Below are positions 18,990 through 28,664 of a DNA stretch of 64,000 nucleotides, one piece after another. Numbering within the stretch: position 1 is the first letter of the stretch; every line of letters starts with the position of its first letter. A program made the translations under genes and the position numbers. The stretch comes from a virus. Location: IMG/VR virus record IMGVR_UViG_3300023179_000001, positions 1-64,000 of that record. One strand, written 5' to 3'. A model generated the notes under the pieces. That model ran no database searches. It saw only the letters and a program-made list of their open reading frames with translations, and had not been told where the DNA came from.

Positions 18990-21113
18990 TTATGCACTTT
19001 GCCGAATATCAGCTAAGTAGATAGTCGGCAGAATGAAGTCGATTCCCTGTACGGGTGTGATCGACACGTTAATTAAAGCAGTGCTACCTTCAAGAGCCAC
19101 TGAAAGATTCTTGTAGCCCAAGCCTTTGTTCAAATCGTCCCCAACAATAATATCTGCGGAGAGATAAGCGGTCATTCTGGCTTTGATGAAGTTTGCGATA
19201 GCTTCTGCACTTCCACTCTTTGCCTTGGTTCCAGTGAACACTAGGTCTAAGTTGTAGCGCATATCGTATGCAACATAACCTGCGGCTTGAACCACAGATT
19301 CTCTGTTGAATACAAAGCTAGGATCGATTCCATAGGTTGTGTTACCAACCACGCAACGATAGCCCCCTGTATCCAAAGGCTCGGCAATAGTAACACCAGC
19401 TTCGATAAGCTCTTGATAATCACGACGAGGATCGAAATCGCCAAGTGGCGATCTGATGTCGTTTGCATTAAGCACTTTAGAAGTAAGTGGTTCACCAACT
19501 TCGGCACCTGCTCGCATACCTGCTAGAATACAGGCTAGAGCCCACGGATCTTTCCACTCTAGTTCTGATTGCTTATTAAGCACTCTCACATCTTGTCCAA
19601 CCATTTGAACATAGCCAGAGTTGATGGTTCGAGCAGCTTGTTTTAAAGCATCTTTTGAACCCTTGTAGCTCGCAAAGCAGCTTCTTTCGGAGCGTCCTAC
19701 GGTTGACCATCCCCATGCTGCGTGTGATGCAGCAAGAGCATTTACTGAATCAATGCTGACTGCGCCTGAATCTTCAGAGATTAGAGGCACAACAATAGTG
19801 ATTCTTTCTTGTTTTAAAGCTTCAAAAGCATCTGCCCAATCGCTATTCGCAGCAGTGCCGTCCGTTGCACCAGAAAGGAATGTTGGCGTTGCCAATGTAG
19901 CAAGCGAACCATAAACATTTTGTTTTCTGGTAGCCATAACCATTGTCGAGAAGATGCTTAGATATTCGCAAATATCTAAAACATCTGCTCTTAAAGGAGC
20001 AGCCACAGACGAAATTGAAAGATTTTCATAATAATCTAATTCATCTGCATTTCGTTGCTTGTTTGCACCTACGACCGTGACTTCGTATTTGGCACCTGCG
20101 CTCATCATATCTGCAAGGCTTTGAAGGGTGTGTTTATTTTTCCCTTCTTCATCTTGAAGAACGATGTCGAGATTGTCTCCTGCGGCTCCAGTGACCGTGG
20201 TGGTTAGTTTTAACTGCCCACCAGACACCTTCAACGACAGTTTGGCCTCTGTGCCAGCACCGACGTATTTGACTCGAAGTTGGTCTTCTCCACCCAATTC
20301 AGGGCTGACTTCGGAAAGAGCACCCTTTTTAACTTCAAATACTCTTGAACCCTTTTGACCACGATCTTCACCAGTCAATCCTACGATGGTATCGAGAGTT
20401 GACGATGCTTCGTTTACCCAAAGCGAACCATAATCCAATTTGGCTACAGCAGCATCGACTTCGACTTTAACTTTTCCATCAACGACTGAAGCTACGACTG
20501 GCTTGCTTGGAGCCCATTTTGTAGCATCATTCATGTTGGCGACTAGAGTTTCAGCAGTTTCAGCAACACCACTCAACGAGCAAGTGTATGTGTACTGAGT
20601 GCCACTGACTCTAACCACTAAAGTTTTTGCTCCACCTGACACGTTGTATGGGCCATCAACTGTTCCAACGATTGCAGCAGCTTCATCTGCCTTTTCGCCT
20701 TCTGAAACAGTGAGGTTGATTACGTTTTCATCCGAACCCCAGTTCTTCGACTTAACGTCAACCATATCAACATCGGCAGCACTTTTAAGTGCCAACGATG
20801 CCTGAGTGCTTCCATTTACTTTGTAAACAACGATGGTACTTGCACCATTTACAATTCGAGGATCTCTCGATGGATTGGCTAATAGCTCTAGCGCATCAGC
20901 GATTGGCCCCTCCTTGTATCGTGCTTTCGCAGCTTGAATACCTGGGCCACTCAAAATATCAAGAGTACGAGGCTCGCCTCCTACGGCTTCCCCAATAACC
21001 CCAACGACTCCTACTGATTGCAGTGGAAATCCTGTGAGATTCTCAACTACGATTTTTGAATATGCACCAGGCTTGATGATTGTTGCGCCATTAAATGTTC
21101 TTTTTATAGCCAT
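18990..21113 (-). CDS. Tail sheath protein
   Basis: FNGATIIKPGAYS, GVIGEAVGGEP, LAGMRAGAEVGEPLTSK, ITPVQGIDFI; Twort/SPO1-like sheath pattern. Confidence 0.93.
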   Translation of the reverse strand: MAIKRTFNGATIIKPGAYSKIVVENLTGFPLQSVGVVGVIGEAVGGEPRTLDILSGPGIQAAKARYKEGPIADALELLANPSRDPRIVNGASTIVVYKVNGSTQASLALKSAADVDMVDVKSKNWGSDENVINLTVSEGEKADEAAAIVGTVDGPYNVSGGAKTLVVRVSGTQYTYTCSLSGVAETAETLVANMNDATKWAPSKPVVASVVDGKVKVEVDAAVAKLDYGSLWVNEASSTLDTIVGLTGEDRGQKGSRVFEVKKGALSEVSPELGGEDQLRVKYVGAGTEAKLSLKVSGGQLKLTTTVTGAAGDNLDIVLQDEEGKNKHTLQSLADMMSAGAKYEVTVVGANKQRNADELDYYENLSISSVAAPLRADVLDICEYLSIFSTMVMATRKQNVYGSLATLATPTFLSGATDGTAANSDWADAFEALKQERITIVVPLISEDSGAVSIDSVNALAASHAAWGWSTVGRSERSCFASYKGSKDALKQAARTINSGYVQMVGQDVRVLNKQSELEWKDPWALACILAGMRAGAEVGEPLTSKVLNANDIRSPLGDFDPRRDYQELIEAGVTIAEPLDTGGYRCVVGNTTYGIDPSFVFNRESVVQAAGYVAYDMRYNLDLVFTGTKAKSGSAEAIANFIKARMTAYLSADIIVGDDLNKGLGYKNLSVALEGSTALINVSITPVQGIDFILPTIYLADIRQSA

Positions 21114-21128
21114 GTTTCATCTCCCCTT

Positions 21129-21437
21129 TTAAAAATCCTTAAAAATTTCGTCCCACTGCTTTAAAGTGGCCAATCTAATTGTTTTCGCCTTCGGATAAGC
21201 TAACATGGCCTTATGTCGCCAAATGTCGATTTTCCGAATCCTTGCGTACACCTCAAAGGACACGCCTTCTGCCTTCTTATCGGTGATAAAGCCAAGTTTT
21301 TTCAGAGATGCTTCTTTTTGTTTTTCTGGCATCTTGGATTGTAAGATCTCTTCGGCTTTGGCTTCAATATCTAATACTTTAATCGAACCACGCTCAGTAG
21401 TCTTTCTCTTTTTTTCCTGTTGGATTTCTTCTTCCAT
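21129..21437 (-). CDS. Hypothetical protein (pre-sheath)
   Basis: GGGAGG RBS, tight packing. Confidence 0.7.
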   Translation of the reverse strand: MEEEIQQEKKRKTTERGSIKVLDIEAKAEEILQSKMPEKQKEASLKKLGFITDKKAEGVSFEVYARIRKIDIWRHKAMLAYPKAKTIRLATLKQWDEIFKDF

Positions 21438-21439
21438 TA

Positions 21440-22300
21440 TTATCCTCCCGTTTTAATATCTGATAGTTCAATCCCATAAGTAATTCCAGAGACAGAACCA
21501 CCACCCGAAGTACCTGGATCAACACCAGAAGCTCCTGGGTCAACACCAGAAGCACTTGGATCTGTACCGCCCGAATCTGGGCTCAGATTGCTCGATCCTG
21601 GGCCTTTAATTTGAATACCAAGAAACTGATCAACAATCGGAGCTTCACCTTGATCAAACGATGCCCATGAGAACACCGAAAAATTTATGAATCGAGAGAA
21701 GATATTTTCTGGCAGATACTCATTTAGCCTTGAAATATCGGTAGCTCGAAATGTCGAGAGGTGCATACCTCTTTGCTCTAATTGAGGCTTAAACACATTC
21801 AGAATATAAATTATAAAGTAATAAAGGTACTTTGTAAGGTCTGGAGTTGTAATATTGTGAATTCCTATCTGAATATTATCAATAATAGGTGAATATCCCA
21901 CTCCACTGCGAGCCTCTACTTCGCCTTGCTGAGTCAAAATATCGACTGTTTTTTGGAAATCCGAGAGACCTGTTCGCTCTATCATTTCCGCACCGTCTAA
22001 TAATTGAATTGAAATACAGGGCACCGTTTGATCAATCAAAGACCAATGCTGGATAACTCTGATGTCGTACTTTTTCATGTACGATGCGATTTCATTTATC
22101 TTTGACGCACCATACTTAGTATCGAGCCAGGGAGATACGAGATGTCCAAACACTTTATTTGGAGCATCATTGTCTGTTCTAAACCATTCAAGACCTGCAC
22201 GAATAACCGTTTCTAAAAGGAAATCGACAGGCCATACGCCATAGCGAAGTGGCTGTTCATTATTTGGAGCAGGATACTGAGTTGGCAAAGAGTAAAACAT
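21440..22300 (-). CDS. Tail terminator/neck protein
   Basis: Position after the head-tail genes; VPCISIQL; C-terminal SGVDPGA repeats. Confidence 0.6.
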   Translation of the reverse strand: MFYSLPTQYPAPNNEQPLRYGVWPVDFLLETVIRAGLEWFRTDNDAPNKVFGHLVSPWLDTKYGASKINEIASYMKKYDIRVIQHWSLIDQTVPCISIQLLDGAEMIERTGLSDFQKTVDILTQQGEVEARSGVGYSPIIDNIQIGIHNITTPDLTKYLYYFIIYILNVFKPQLEQRGMHLSTFRATDISRLNEYLPENIFSRFINFSVFSWASFDQGEAPIVDQFLGIQIKGPGSSNLSPDSGGTDPSASGVDPGASGVDPGTSGGGSVSGITYGIELSDIKTGG

Positions 22301-23097
22301 TACTCATCTCCCATGATCAAAACGACATCAATAATTTTATCCATTTGTTGATCAACCCAAGTTTCAACCATTGGTAAAATGTTTGCTCCATCCAAACCTG
22401 GATGAATCCAAGCCTCTGGTTTGCTCTTTGTTGAAATAGTCCTAAAGGTCATAAGCTGAGAACTGCCACTGGGCAATCCGCTTCGAGTCACGCCTTGCGT
22501 GGCTTTTTGGTATCTTGTCAGACCTTCCAAATAACCATGAACAGGAGATTTGGCTGGAATTCTTTTTACTGCACCTTCTTTAACCTTGCCAGACGCAGTT
22601 CTAACCATTTTATTGAGCCCGTAATCTCTTACGGCTCTTTTTAAATACATTTTTAAATTATCGGTCTTAGCTTTTCCTGTATAAGCAAACCGTGAATTGC
22701 CCACAGAATGTCTGAATGGGATTGTAGCGTATTTGCTACCATCCTTTGCGGTTTTGGCTTTTTTACCACCCAACCACCCTGGGCGAATCTCTTTCATGTC
22801 AAAAGATTCCATTCCAAACTCAAAGTTGTTTGGCATTTTCCCAACCAACTGAATTTCAAAAACATCAGATCCAGAGGATGCAGAATAAGATTTAAAACTT
22901 TCTGCCTGTCTCAACCCATTAATATATATTTCCCTAGATGTGCGTAGCTTTCTTTGAGCAGACTGAATCCAATAGTTTTGAGCAGCAACGGCAAGATTTC
23001 CGACTGCTGCCTTAAAAGATTCAATTACCGTATAGTCTAGTGAGGAGATGTTTACACCCATCTCTTCTAGTTTTGCTTTTAAAGATATATTAGCCAT
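22300..23097 (-). CDS. Neck/tail-completion protein
   Basis: KYATIPFRH and LMTFRTISTKSKPEAWIHPG motifs, as in herelle-like neck proteins. Confidence 0.7.
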   Translation of the reverse strand: MANISLKAKLEEMGVNISSLDYTVIESFKAAVGNLAVAAQNYWIQSAQRKLRTSREIYINGLRQAESFKSYSASSGSDVFEIQLVGKMPNNFEFGMESFDMKEIRPGWLGGKKAKTAKDGSKYATIPFRHSVGNSRFAYTGKAKTDNLKMYLKRAVRDYGLNKMVRTASGKVKEGAVKRIPAKSPVHGYLEGLTRYQKATQGVTRSGLPSGSSQLMTFRTISTKSKPEAWIHPGLDGANILPMVETWVDQQMDKIIDVVLIMGDE

Positions 23098-23872
23098 CGT
23101 TCCCCTCTACCCTTAACGGCAGATTGGCCCCCGAACCTTTAGCGATATAGTCCCAACGTATAAGAGCCTGTTGTGGCAAATTCACTGGGGTTTTAGCTGG
23201 CTTTCTGAAAGACGTGTAATAATAACGGTTTTCGTGCATCATTTCGATAACACGGAATGTCGGAAGTATTGGATAGGTCAAAGAGTAAAGCGAGCCTGTC
23301 GCTGGTCTATTTAATCCTAACCATCTAATTCTTTTATCACCATCCAACCTAAAATCTTGATTTACATAGTAGCGTTTATTGTCCGAATCAAGGCAATAGA
23401 AAGGCGTGTCACAGGATGATGCTGCATTATACCTAATGCGATCAAAGTCTCCTCCCGACTCTCTCTTGATAAGCTGATTGTAAACAGAGGAAAAATCTAG
23501 GACTTCGATTTTATACCAGTAGTAAAGTCGAATTCCTTGTCTCACGGTTAACTGGGCATCTTTCATATCAAAGATGCCTCTGACATCAAACTTTTTATCT
23601 AAGTTGATAGATTGAATAACCGCCCAATCTTCTACTGATTGATCGCACAGGTCTATTACTTCATCCCCAAAACAGATTGGGCAATCAAGACTGTGATTGG
23701 TGTCTTCAAGGCTAGTTTTATTAGGACAAACCATTGAAGGAGTGATTCTGACATAAGTCCCCTGAGCTTCAATAATACTTTCAAACTCTTCTGGTACTAG
23801 ATCAACTCGCCCAGGCTTTGAAATAGCCTTGGAGTATTTATTTGACGAAGCGGGTTTGATCTTAAAAGACAT
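23090..23872 (-). CDS. Head-closure/neck protein
   Basis: FESIIEAQG...MVCP...DCPICFG; herelle-like synteny. Confidence 0.7.
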   Translation of the reverse strand: MSFKIKPASSNKYSKAISKPGRVDLVPEEFESIIEAQGTYVRITPSMVCPNKTSLEDTNHSLDCPICFGDEVIDLCDQSVEDWAVIQSINLDKKFDVRGIFDMKDAQLTVRQGIRLYYWYKIEVLDFSSVYNQLIKRESGGDFDRIRYNAASSCDTPFYCLDSDNKRYYVNQDFRLDGDKRIRWLGLNRPATGSLYSLTYPILPTFRVIEMMHENRYYYTSFRKPAKTPVNLPQQALIRWDYIAKGSGANLPLRVEGNDG

Positions 23873-23873
23873 T

Positions 23874-24650
23874 TTAAGCTACCACCATTGGCAAGCCCAT
23901 ATAGCTTCGTCTTAGATTGGTCATCGCATGATCAATTTGCTTTTGGTACTGAATGATTCTCGCACCATAACCTGCGTTCGTAGCAGATGCCGTAGTTCCA
24001 ATAGACTGCGACAAGCCGTCAATCGAGATAGATTTGTTAGCAATACCAGCACCAGCGATCAAATCCCCTGCGATATTGAGTGGCCCCATCGCAGCTTTCA
24101 TCCCAATAATTTCTTTCATGGACACTGGAATTTGGCCTTTTTCAAAACCAGCCTTGTATTTTACTTTCCAAATAGAGGGCACGTTCTGAAGTCCTGAATA
24201 GAACAACGGCAAAAAGCTACCGCCTTGGGATAGCAGAATAGATGAGAAAGTTCCCTGAGTTGGAACCAACTGGGCCGACGCTCCTGTGCTTTCGACTCTG
24301 TACCAGCTTGGATCAAACTTTAAAACCTGAGTGGCTAGAGGAAATCGAACTTCAACCGATTCGACGCTTTGAACTGGGTATCTGAACAGTTTGATAAAAC
24401 CGTAGCTGATATAATCATTGATATAGTAATCGTGAGTTTCTTCTATGTCTTGAGCACAAAGCAAAAGACCGCCAATTTCTTGCTGCATCCAGTCTTGTGC
24501 TGACAAAATATAAAACTCGATGAGTTTGTCTGACATCTCGTTGCCGTTGTCATCGGTCAAATCGACACCGAATAGAAATAGCTCTTTTAACTCATCGACT
24601 GAAATTACTAGCTTACTGGAGTACGGCCTTTTATTGTAAGCATCTGTCAT
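23874..24650 (-). CDS. Head-tail adaptor
   Basis: LFGVDL, GDLIAGAGIANKSISIDGLSQSIGTTASATNAGYGARI, typical of herelle-like adaptors. Confidence 0.82.
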   Translation of the reverse strand: MTDAYNKRPYSSKLVISVDELKELFLFGVDLTDDNGNEMSDKLIEFYILSAQDWMQQEIGGLLLCAQDIEETHDYYINDYISYGFIKLFRYPVQSVESVEVRFPLATQVLKFDPSWYRVESTGASAQLVPTQGTFSSILLSQGGSFLPLFYSGLQNVPSIWKVKYKAGFEKGQIPVSMKEIIGMKAAMGPLNIAGDLIAGAGIANKSISIDGLSQSIGTTASATNAGYGARIIQYQKQIDHAMTNLRRSYMGLPMVVA

Positions 24651-24660
24651 TTTGACTCCA

Positions 24661-25020
24661 CTAGCACAACTCTGTGCTTAATCTTCTAACACCGCCAACC
24701 ACTAGGGCGATTGTTTTGGCTCCATTTGAAGAAGTGATCTCTACAACGATAGGCCCATCAATCATCATTTGAGTTTGGACTTCTGTTAGATCAACATAAA
24801 TTTTTCCAACATATCTGTTTTGAACCTGCACTGCTGGTGATGACGTAGAACTTAAAACAATATCGCTAGGCGAAGCTGGGATGGTAATTTCAACATCATC
24901 GTCCACGTCTAATTCCATTGGCTCTTTGCAGCCTGTGGCTGTGTTAAGCCTGTTGATCTGGATAGATAGACGTTTAGATTCGCCTGGGTAAAACTCAAAA
25001 AGTTTAGAATAACAACTCAC
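24661..25020 (-). CDS. Small Ig-like/beta-sandwich structural protein
   Basis: GKIYVDLTEVQTQMM; GGAGG RBS, GTG start. Confidence 0.5.
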   Translation of the reverse strand: MSCYSKLFEFYPGESKRLSIQINRLNTATGCKEPMELDVDDDVEITIPASPSDIVLSSTSSPAVQVQNRYVGKIYVDLTEVQTQMMIDGPIVVEITSSNGAKTIALVVGGVRRLSTELC

Positions 25021-25100
25021 ACTACCTCCGCTTCTAAGGTGCTAGGTACAAATGTGGTAGCCTCTAATGTTCCTGTTTCAATCACTATTGCTTCAAGCAT
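25017..25100 (-). CDS. 27-aa micro-ORF MLEAIVIETGTLEATTFVPSTLEAEVV
   Basis: AAGGA RBS; fills the gap exactly; GTGA overlap with the next start. Confidence 0.55.
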   Translation of the reverse strand: MLEAIVIETGTLEATTFVPSTLEAEVV

Positions 25101-25111
25101 AATTTTTCCTT

Positions 25112-25396
25112 TTAGTAGCCAGATCCGCTTTTCAACAAAGGCAACAATACAAACACAAACACATAAGCCAGATCAATCGTAGCTTTTCGCAACGATTCAA
25201 ATTCATTGCAAACAGATCGATGAAATGCCAACTGCAATTCATCGGCTTTGCTTTTCGGAATGTCGAAATAAAACTTAGCCTTTCCAGCTTTGATTTTTTC
25301 GACTTTTACAATTTTATTTGCACCTGCCTCTGTGGTTTGAAGGTAGGTGGCAAACAAGTAATTCACTGTCCAAAAATACTTGGAATCATCACTCAT
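25112..25396 (-). CDS. Hypothetical protein (DUF5659-like)
   Basis: TVNYLFATYL...KAKFYFD pattern; coupled to the upstream gene. Confidence 0.5.
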   Translation of the reverse strand: MSDDSKYFWTVNYLFATYLQTTEAGANKIVKVEKIKAGKAKFYFDIPKSKADELQLAFHRSVCNEFESLRKATIDLAYVFVFVLLPLLKSGSGY

Positions 25397-25779
25397 AAAA
25401 CCTCAACGGCTTGGATGATGCCTCCTGTGCTAACTCTAATAAATGAAAGAGTGTCCCAATCTTTTGTTTCAACGACGATAGCAGAGTTGGCAGGTAAATA
25501 AACATCACCAGCTACGGCTGTACTAGCCCCTTCGCTTAGTCTGATATAGGTGTCAACCGAAGCCACTACCCTATAAGCTTTGTTTCTTAAAAGAGTAAGT
25601 GATGCCGATGATGCCCCGACTGTGCCTTGGATTGGACTGATGCTCTTTGTTGCATCTGAAGGATCTTTGGCCAAGGTCAGTGGCCCTTGAATAGTTTTTT
25701 TAGCTCTGGATGGGTGAGAGTGCTCTGAATAATCTACTTCACCTTTTCCACCAAATTGATCTTTCCATTCAATCGTCAT
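25393..25779 (-). CDS. Hypothetical, possible head decoration protein
   Basis: GGAGG RBS; YRVVASVDTYIRL...DVYLPANSA beta-rich. Confidence 0.5.
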   Translation of the reverse strand: MTIEWKDQFGGKGEVDYSEHSHPSRAKKTIQGPLTLAKDPSDATKSISPIQGTVGASSASLTLLRNKAYRVVASVDTYIRLSEGASTAVAGDVYLPANSAIVVETKDWDTLSFIRVSTGGIIQAVEVL

Positions 25780-26059
25780 TTTTTCGCCTCCATCGTCTAC
25801 GAGGCTCCGTTGTTGTCGTAGTCGTAGTGGTTGTCGTTACTTCTGCGGCCTTGGTTTCTGTGACTGGTGCAGTTGTAACGGTATCTGTTTTAGTTTTTGT
25901 TGTTCTAGTTTTTTTGGTTTCAGCTACTCGAAACCCTGATGATAAGAAAATCTCGACTAAATCTTGAGGGACATCAATTAGGCCATCTTGATCTGTGGAT
26001 ATTTCACCATTTCCAAGAGTGAACTTGGTGTTCGTAACTTTTTCGTTAATTAAAAGCAT
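25769..26059 (-). CDS. Thr-rich small protein after the major capsid gene
   Basis: AGGAG RBS; poly-Thr tract and basic C-terminus. Confidence 0.65.
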   Translation of the reverse strand: MLLINEKVTNTKFTLGNGEISTDQDGLIDVPQDLVEIFLSSGFRVAETKKTRTTKTKTDTVTTAPVTETKAAEVTTTTTTTTTTEPRRRWRRKNDD

Positions 26060-26094
26060 CCAAAACTCCTTTCAACCTAACTTAATAACTGTGA

Positions 26095-26118
26095 GAGCCT
26101 CCCCCGAAGAGAAGGCTC
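26095..26118 (-). terminator. C(UUCG)G-capped stem-loop after the major capsid gene
   Basis: GAGCCTTCTC-TTCG-GGGGAGGCTC; weak U tract, so possibly a leaky terminator or mRNA stabiliser. Confidence 0.7.
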
Positions 26119-26135
26119 CCCAATTTTGGATTACA

Positions 26136-27593
26136 TTATCCCAACGCTGGCTGTTTCAATCTGCCAATGTTCTTAATCTTTACCCAACCACGAGGTCGGA
26201 AAAGAATAGGAGTATTGTAGTACAACTGCATCCATCGGATGCTCGATGCTACGGTAGCTAGAGGGAATTTGAGCATCGGAGAAAGCTCACGAAGAGCTAA
26301 AACCGACTCATCCATCTGTCCGATATAAGCAACGCCCGCTCCTGGGAGGGTTTCGTTACCATCGAGTACGTTGGTTGTTGCACCAGCAGATGCGACTTCA
26401 GCCACAAGGTATTTTTTACCAGCAACACCGTCTTCAAGACGTGTGCGGTAAACTCTGTACCCTTGGGTTAAATCGTTACCTGATACGCTGCCACGAGTTA
26501 CGACGATCTTCACTTCTGAGTTTACGCTCGTCACAACTGCGTTAGCCGATCCTGCGGTAGCTGCCGATTCTCCCGAACGAGAGATTGCGGTTACTTCGTA
26601 TGCGTAGGTGCCATGCTCACCAGCTTGGAATCCACGGCTTGTGGACTTAGCTTGAACTGACACAACTGCGCTTGCAGGTGCGGTTGGTGCCATTGCATTG
26701 TCGGCTGCTGCTGGAGCAGTTTCGTCGACACGCAAGAACACGTCTGGACGAAGTTCTACAGTTCCACCAGGGGTTTTTACTTTGTCAGCAACAAAGCCAA
26801 CCATTGCATCAGCAGGAGTTACAGGAATTCCATAACGTCCTTTGCTGAAGAAGGCTTTGCTGAAATCGCTATGGGCCGTGAAAGGCAAATAGCAATGGGT
26901 TGGATACATATAGTTATCCAACAGAATTCTTGCGACTTCTGTGAAAACAGATTCGCTAAGAACATCGCCACGAAGATCAACAACGTGTTCTTCGGACACA
27001 GCAGGACGGCCATCACCAGCAGTGCTGGCATCGGCAATTCCTAGAGCGTGTTGACGATCAAGACCGTCAAAGCTTTCGGAGATGATGCTGCTGTTACCTT
27101 TGAACAGAGATTCTTCCATTCGTTGAAGCATCCATTTAGCTCCGTTTTTGGTTTCGAGAGCTACTACGTTTCCGTGAGCAGGTCGAACCAAGAGCATTGG
27201 ATGAGTGATTTCACGGGTTGTCCCCATGAATTTCACGAAGGCTGCCTTACGTTGATATTTGCTATCTTCGGTTCTAGGCAATCCACCTTCTTGAATAAAG
27301 AATCCACCACGTCCACCATAACTGGACAGTAGGTTGTACTCTTCAACAGTGTTGTATGCTTTTGTTTTTGGAATATCGTTATAAAGAACGATATTTTTTT
27401 CCATGAAGGACACGATTTTCAAAGTAGCATCTAAAGATTCTACTCGAAGTGCGCCTCCGTTTGATTGAGCAGCAGGATCGCTTGCGTATCCAGCACTCAG
27501 GGCTTTATTTAATTCAGCTACGGTCGTCTGATCGGAAACTCCGAACCCGTCCCCGTGGCCTTCGAATTGCTTAGGATCAAGTGTAGGTATCAT
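26136..27593 (-). CDS. Major capsid protein (SPO1/Twort-like)
   Basis: LNKALSAGY...GGALRVESLD, YNDIPKTKAYNTVEEY, LRELSPMLKFPLA, WVKIKNIG. Confidence 0.95.
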   Translation of the reverse strand: MIPTLDPKQFEGHGDGFGVSDQTTVAELNKALSAGYASDPAAQSNGGALRVESLDATLKIVSFMEKNIVLYNDIPKTKAYNTVEEYNLLSSYGGRGGFFIQEGGLPRTEDSKYQRKAAFVKFMGTTREITHPMLLVRPAHGNVVALETKNGAKWMLQRMEESLFKGNSSIISESFDGLDRQHALGIADASTAGDGRPAVSEEHVVDLRGDVLSESVFTEVARILLDNYMYPTHCYLPFTAHSDFSKAFFSKGRYGIPVTPADAMVGFVADKVKTPGGTVELRPDVFLRVDETAPAAADNAMAPTAPASAVVSVQAKSTSRGFQAGEHGTYAYEVTAISRSGESAATAGSANAVVTSVNSEVKIVVTRGSVSGNDLTQGYRVYRTRLEDGVAGKKYLVAEVASAGATTNVLDGNETLPGAGVAYIGQMDESVLALRELSPMLKFPLATVASSIRWMQLYYNTPILFRPRGWVKIKNIGRLKQPALG

Positions 27594-27603
27594 TTAGTCC
27601 TCC

Positions 27604-28434
27604 CTAGTTTAGCTTTTCTTTTAGTTTTGTTACCAATTCTGGACGGATGTAGCTTTGGGATTCAAAGCCAATCACATCGAGGTCGGTAGCATCACCAGAT
27701 TTTACCAACTCGCATAAGGCATCAGAAATTTGAGCCTTAGCCACGATTGGGTTATCAGACAAACTCTTGAAAACTTTTTCTTGAGTTTCTTCTAATCCTG
27801 AAGAGAATTCACGATCAGCAGGAGCAGCATCAGACTTAGCCACTGTTTCGCTCTTTTCAGTGCGAGCAGGTGCTTTGCTGACAACCCCGATGCGTTCGCA
27901 GATTGCTTTCAAGACGATTCCAACTTTGGCTTGTGATTCTTGAATTTCGGCAATGCCGTTTTCAAGAGTCTCAAGGCGACCTTTAGTGACTTCATTGGTG
28001 GATGACAATTCCTTTGCCAATCCATCAACTGCTTCACTGGTATGGTCAACCAAAGATTTTAAGAACTCAGACACATCAATCTTAGTCTGGATTTCTTCTG
28101 GAAGATCCTCAGAGAAAGATTTTTTAGCCTTTTTGTAAGACTTTTTCTCTTCTTTCTCTTCTTCTTTTTCTTCCATCATTTCGGGCATAGCTTTCTTGGC
28201 TTTTTTAGCCTTTTCAGCTTCTTCACCCTCTTCATCTTCAGCCATTTCTTCGCCTTCTTCTGCTTTTTTACAAGCAGCAGCTTTTTTGGCTTTAGCGGCA
28301 TCAGACATCTTTTCCTTTACAGGATTTCCCATGTCTGCGCCTTCTGGCTGATCAAGGTCTTGTTCTGAGGCTTTTACAACCTCTAAAGAATTAAGAGCCT
28401 TTTCGACATCTTCTTTAGTGATAGTCGTTTCCAT
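27604..28434 (-). CDS. Capsid scaffolding protein
   Basis: E/K/A-rich coiled coil with many KA/KS sites, between protease and capsid; start moved to the ATG with AAGGAG RBS. Confidence 0.75.
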   Translation of the reverse strand: METTITKEDVEKALNSLEVVKASEQDLDQPEGADMGNPVKEKMSDAAKAKKAAACKKAEEGEEMAEDEEGEEAEKAKKAKKAMPEMMEEKEEEKEEKKSYKKAKKSFSEDLPEEIQTKIDVSEFLKSLVDHTSEAVDGLAKELSSTNEVTKGRLETLENGIAEIQESQAKVGIVLKAICERIGVVSKAPARTEKSETVAKSDAAPADREFSSGLEETQEKVFKSLSDNPIVAKAQISDALCELVKSGDATDLDVIGFESQSYIRPELVTKLKEKLN

Positions 28435-28448
28435 TTCGACTCCTTTCA

Positions 28449-28664
28449 TCACAGTTTAAGTTCAATATCTTTAAGGTTTTCAACCAAAGATCCATAATCT
28501 TCGGCATCAACACCTTCGTCTGCGTCCAACTTTGCGGTGAGATCTCTCAAGGCTTGAGCGATTTCATCGAGCTTGGACATCACTGCTGCCATCTGCTTCG
28601 CTGGGGCATCATGTAAAACCTTCTGCCCTAGTTCGGCTTCAGACAATCTTCCTAGTTTTGTCAT
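28449..28664 (-). CDS. Small head-module protein
   Basis: AGGAGG RBS; LTAKLDADEGV motif. Confidence 0.65.
   Translation of the reverse strand: MTKLGRLSEAELGQKVLHDAPAKQMAAVMSKLDEIAQALRDLTAKLDADEGVDAEDYGSLVENLKDIELKL

Noticed and set aside
4478-21180. AATTAGATTGG at 4478-4488 and 21170-21180 as extra copies of the late motif
   Set aside because: The shorter TTAGATTGG core also occurs antisense inside genes (near 12445 and 23912), so it cannot be told from chance by eye
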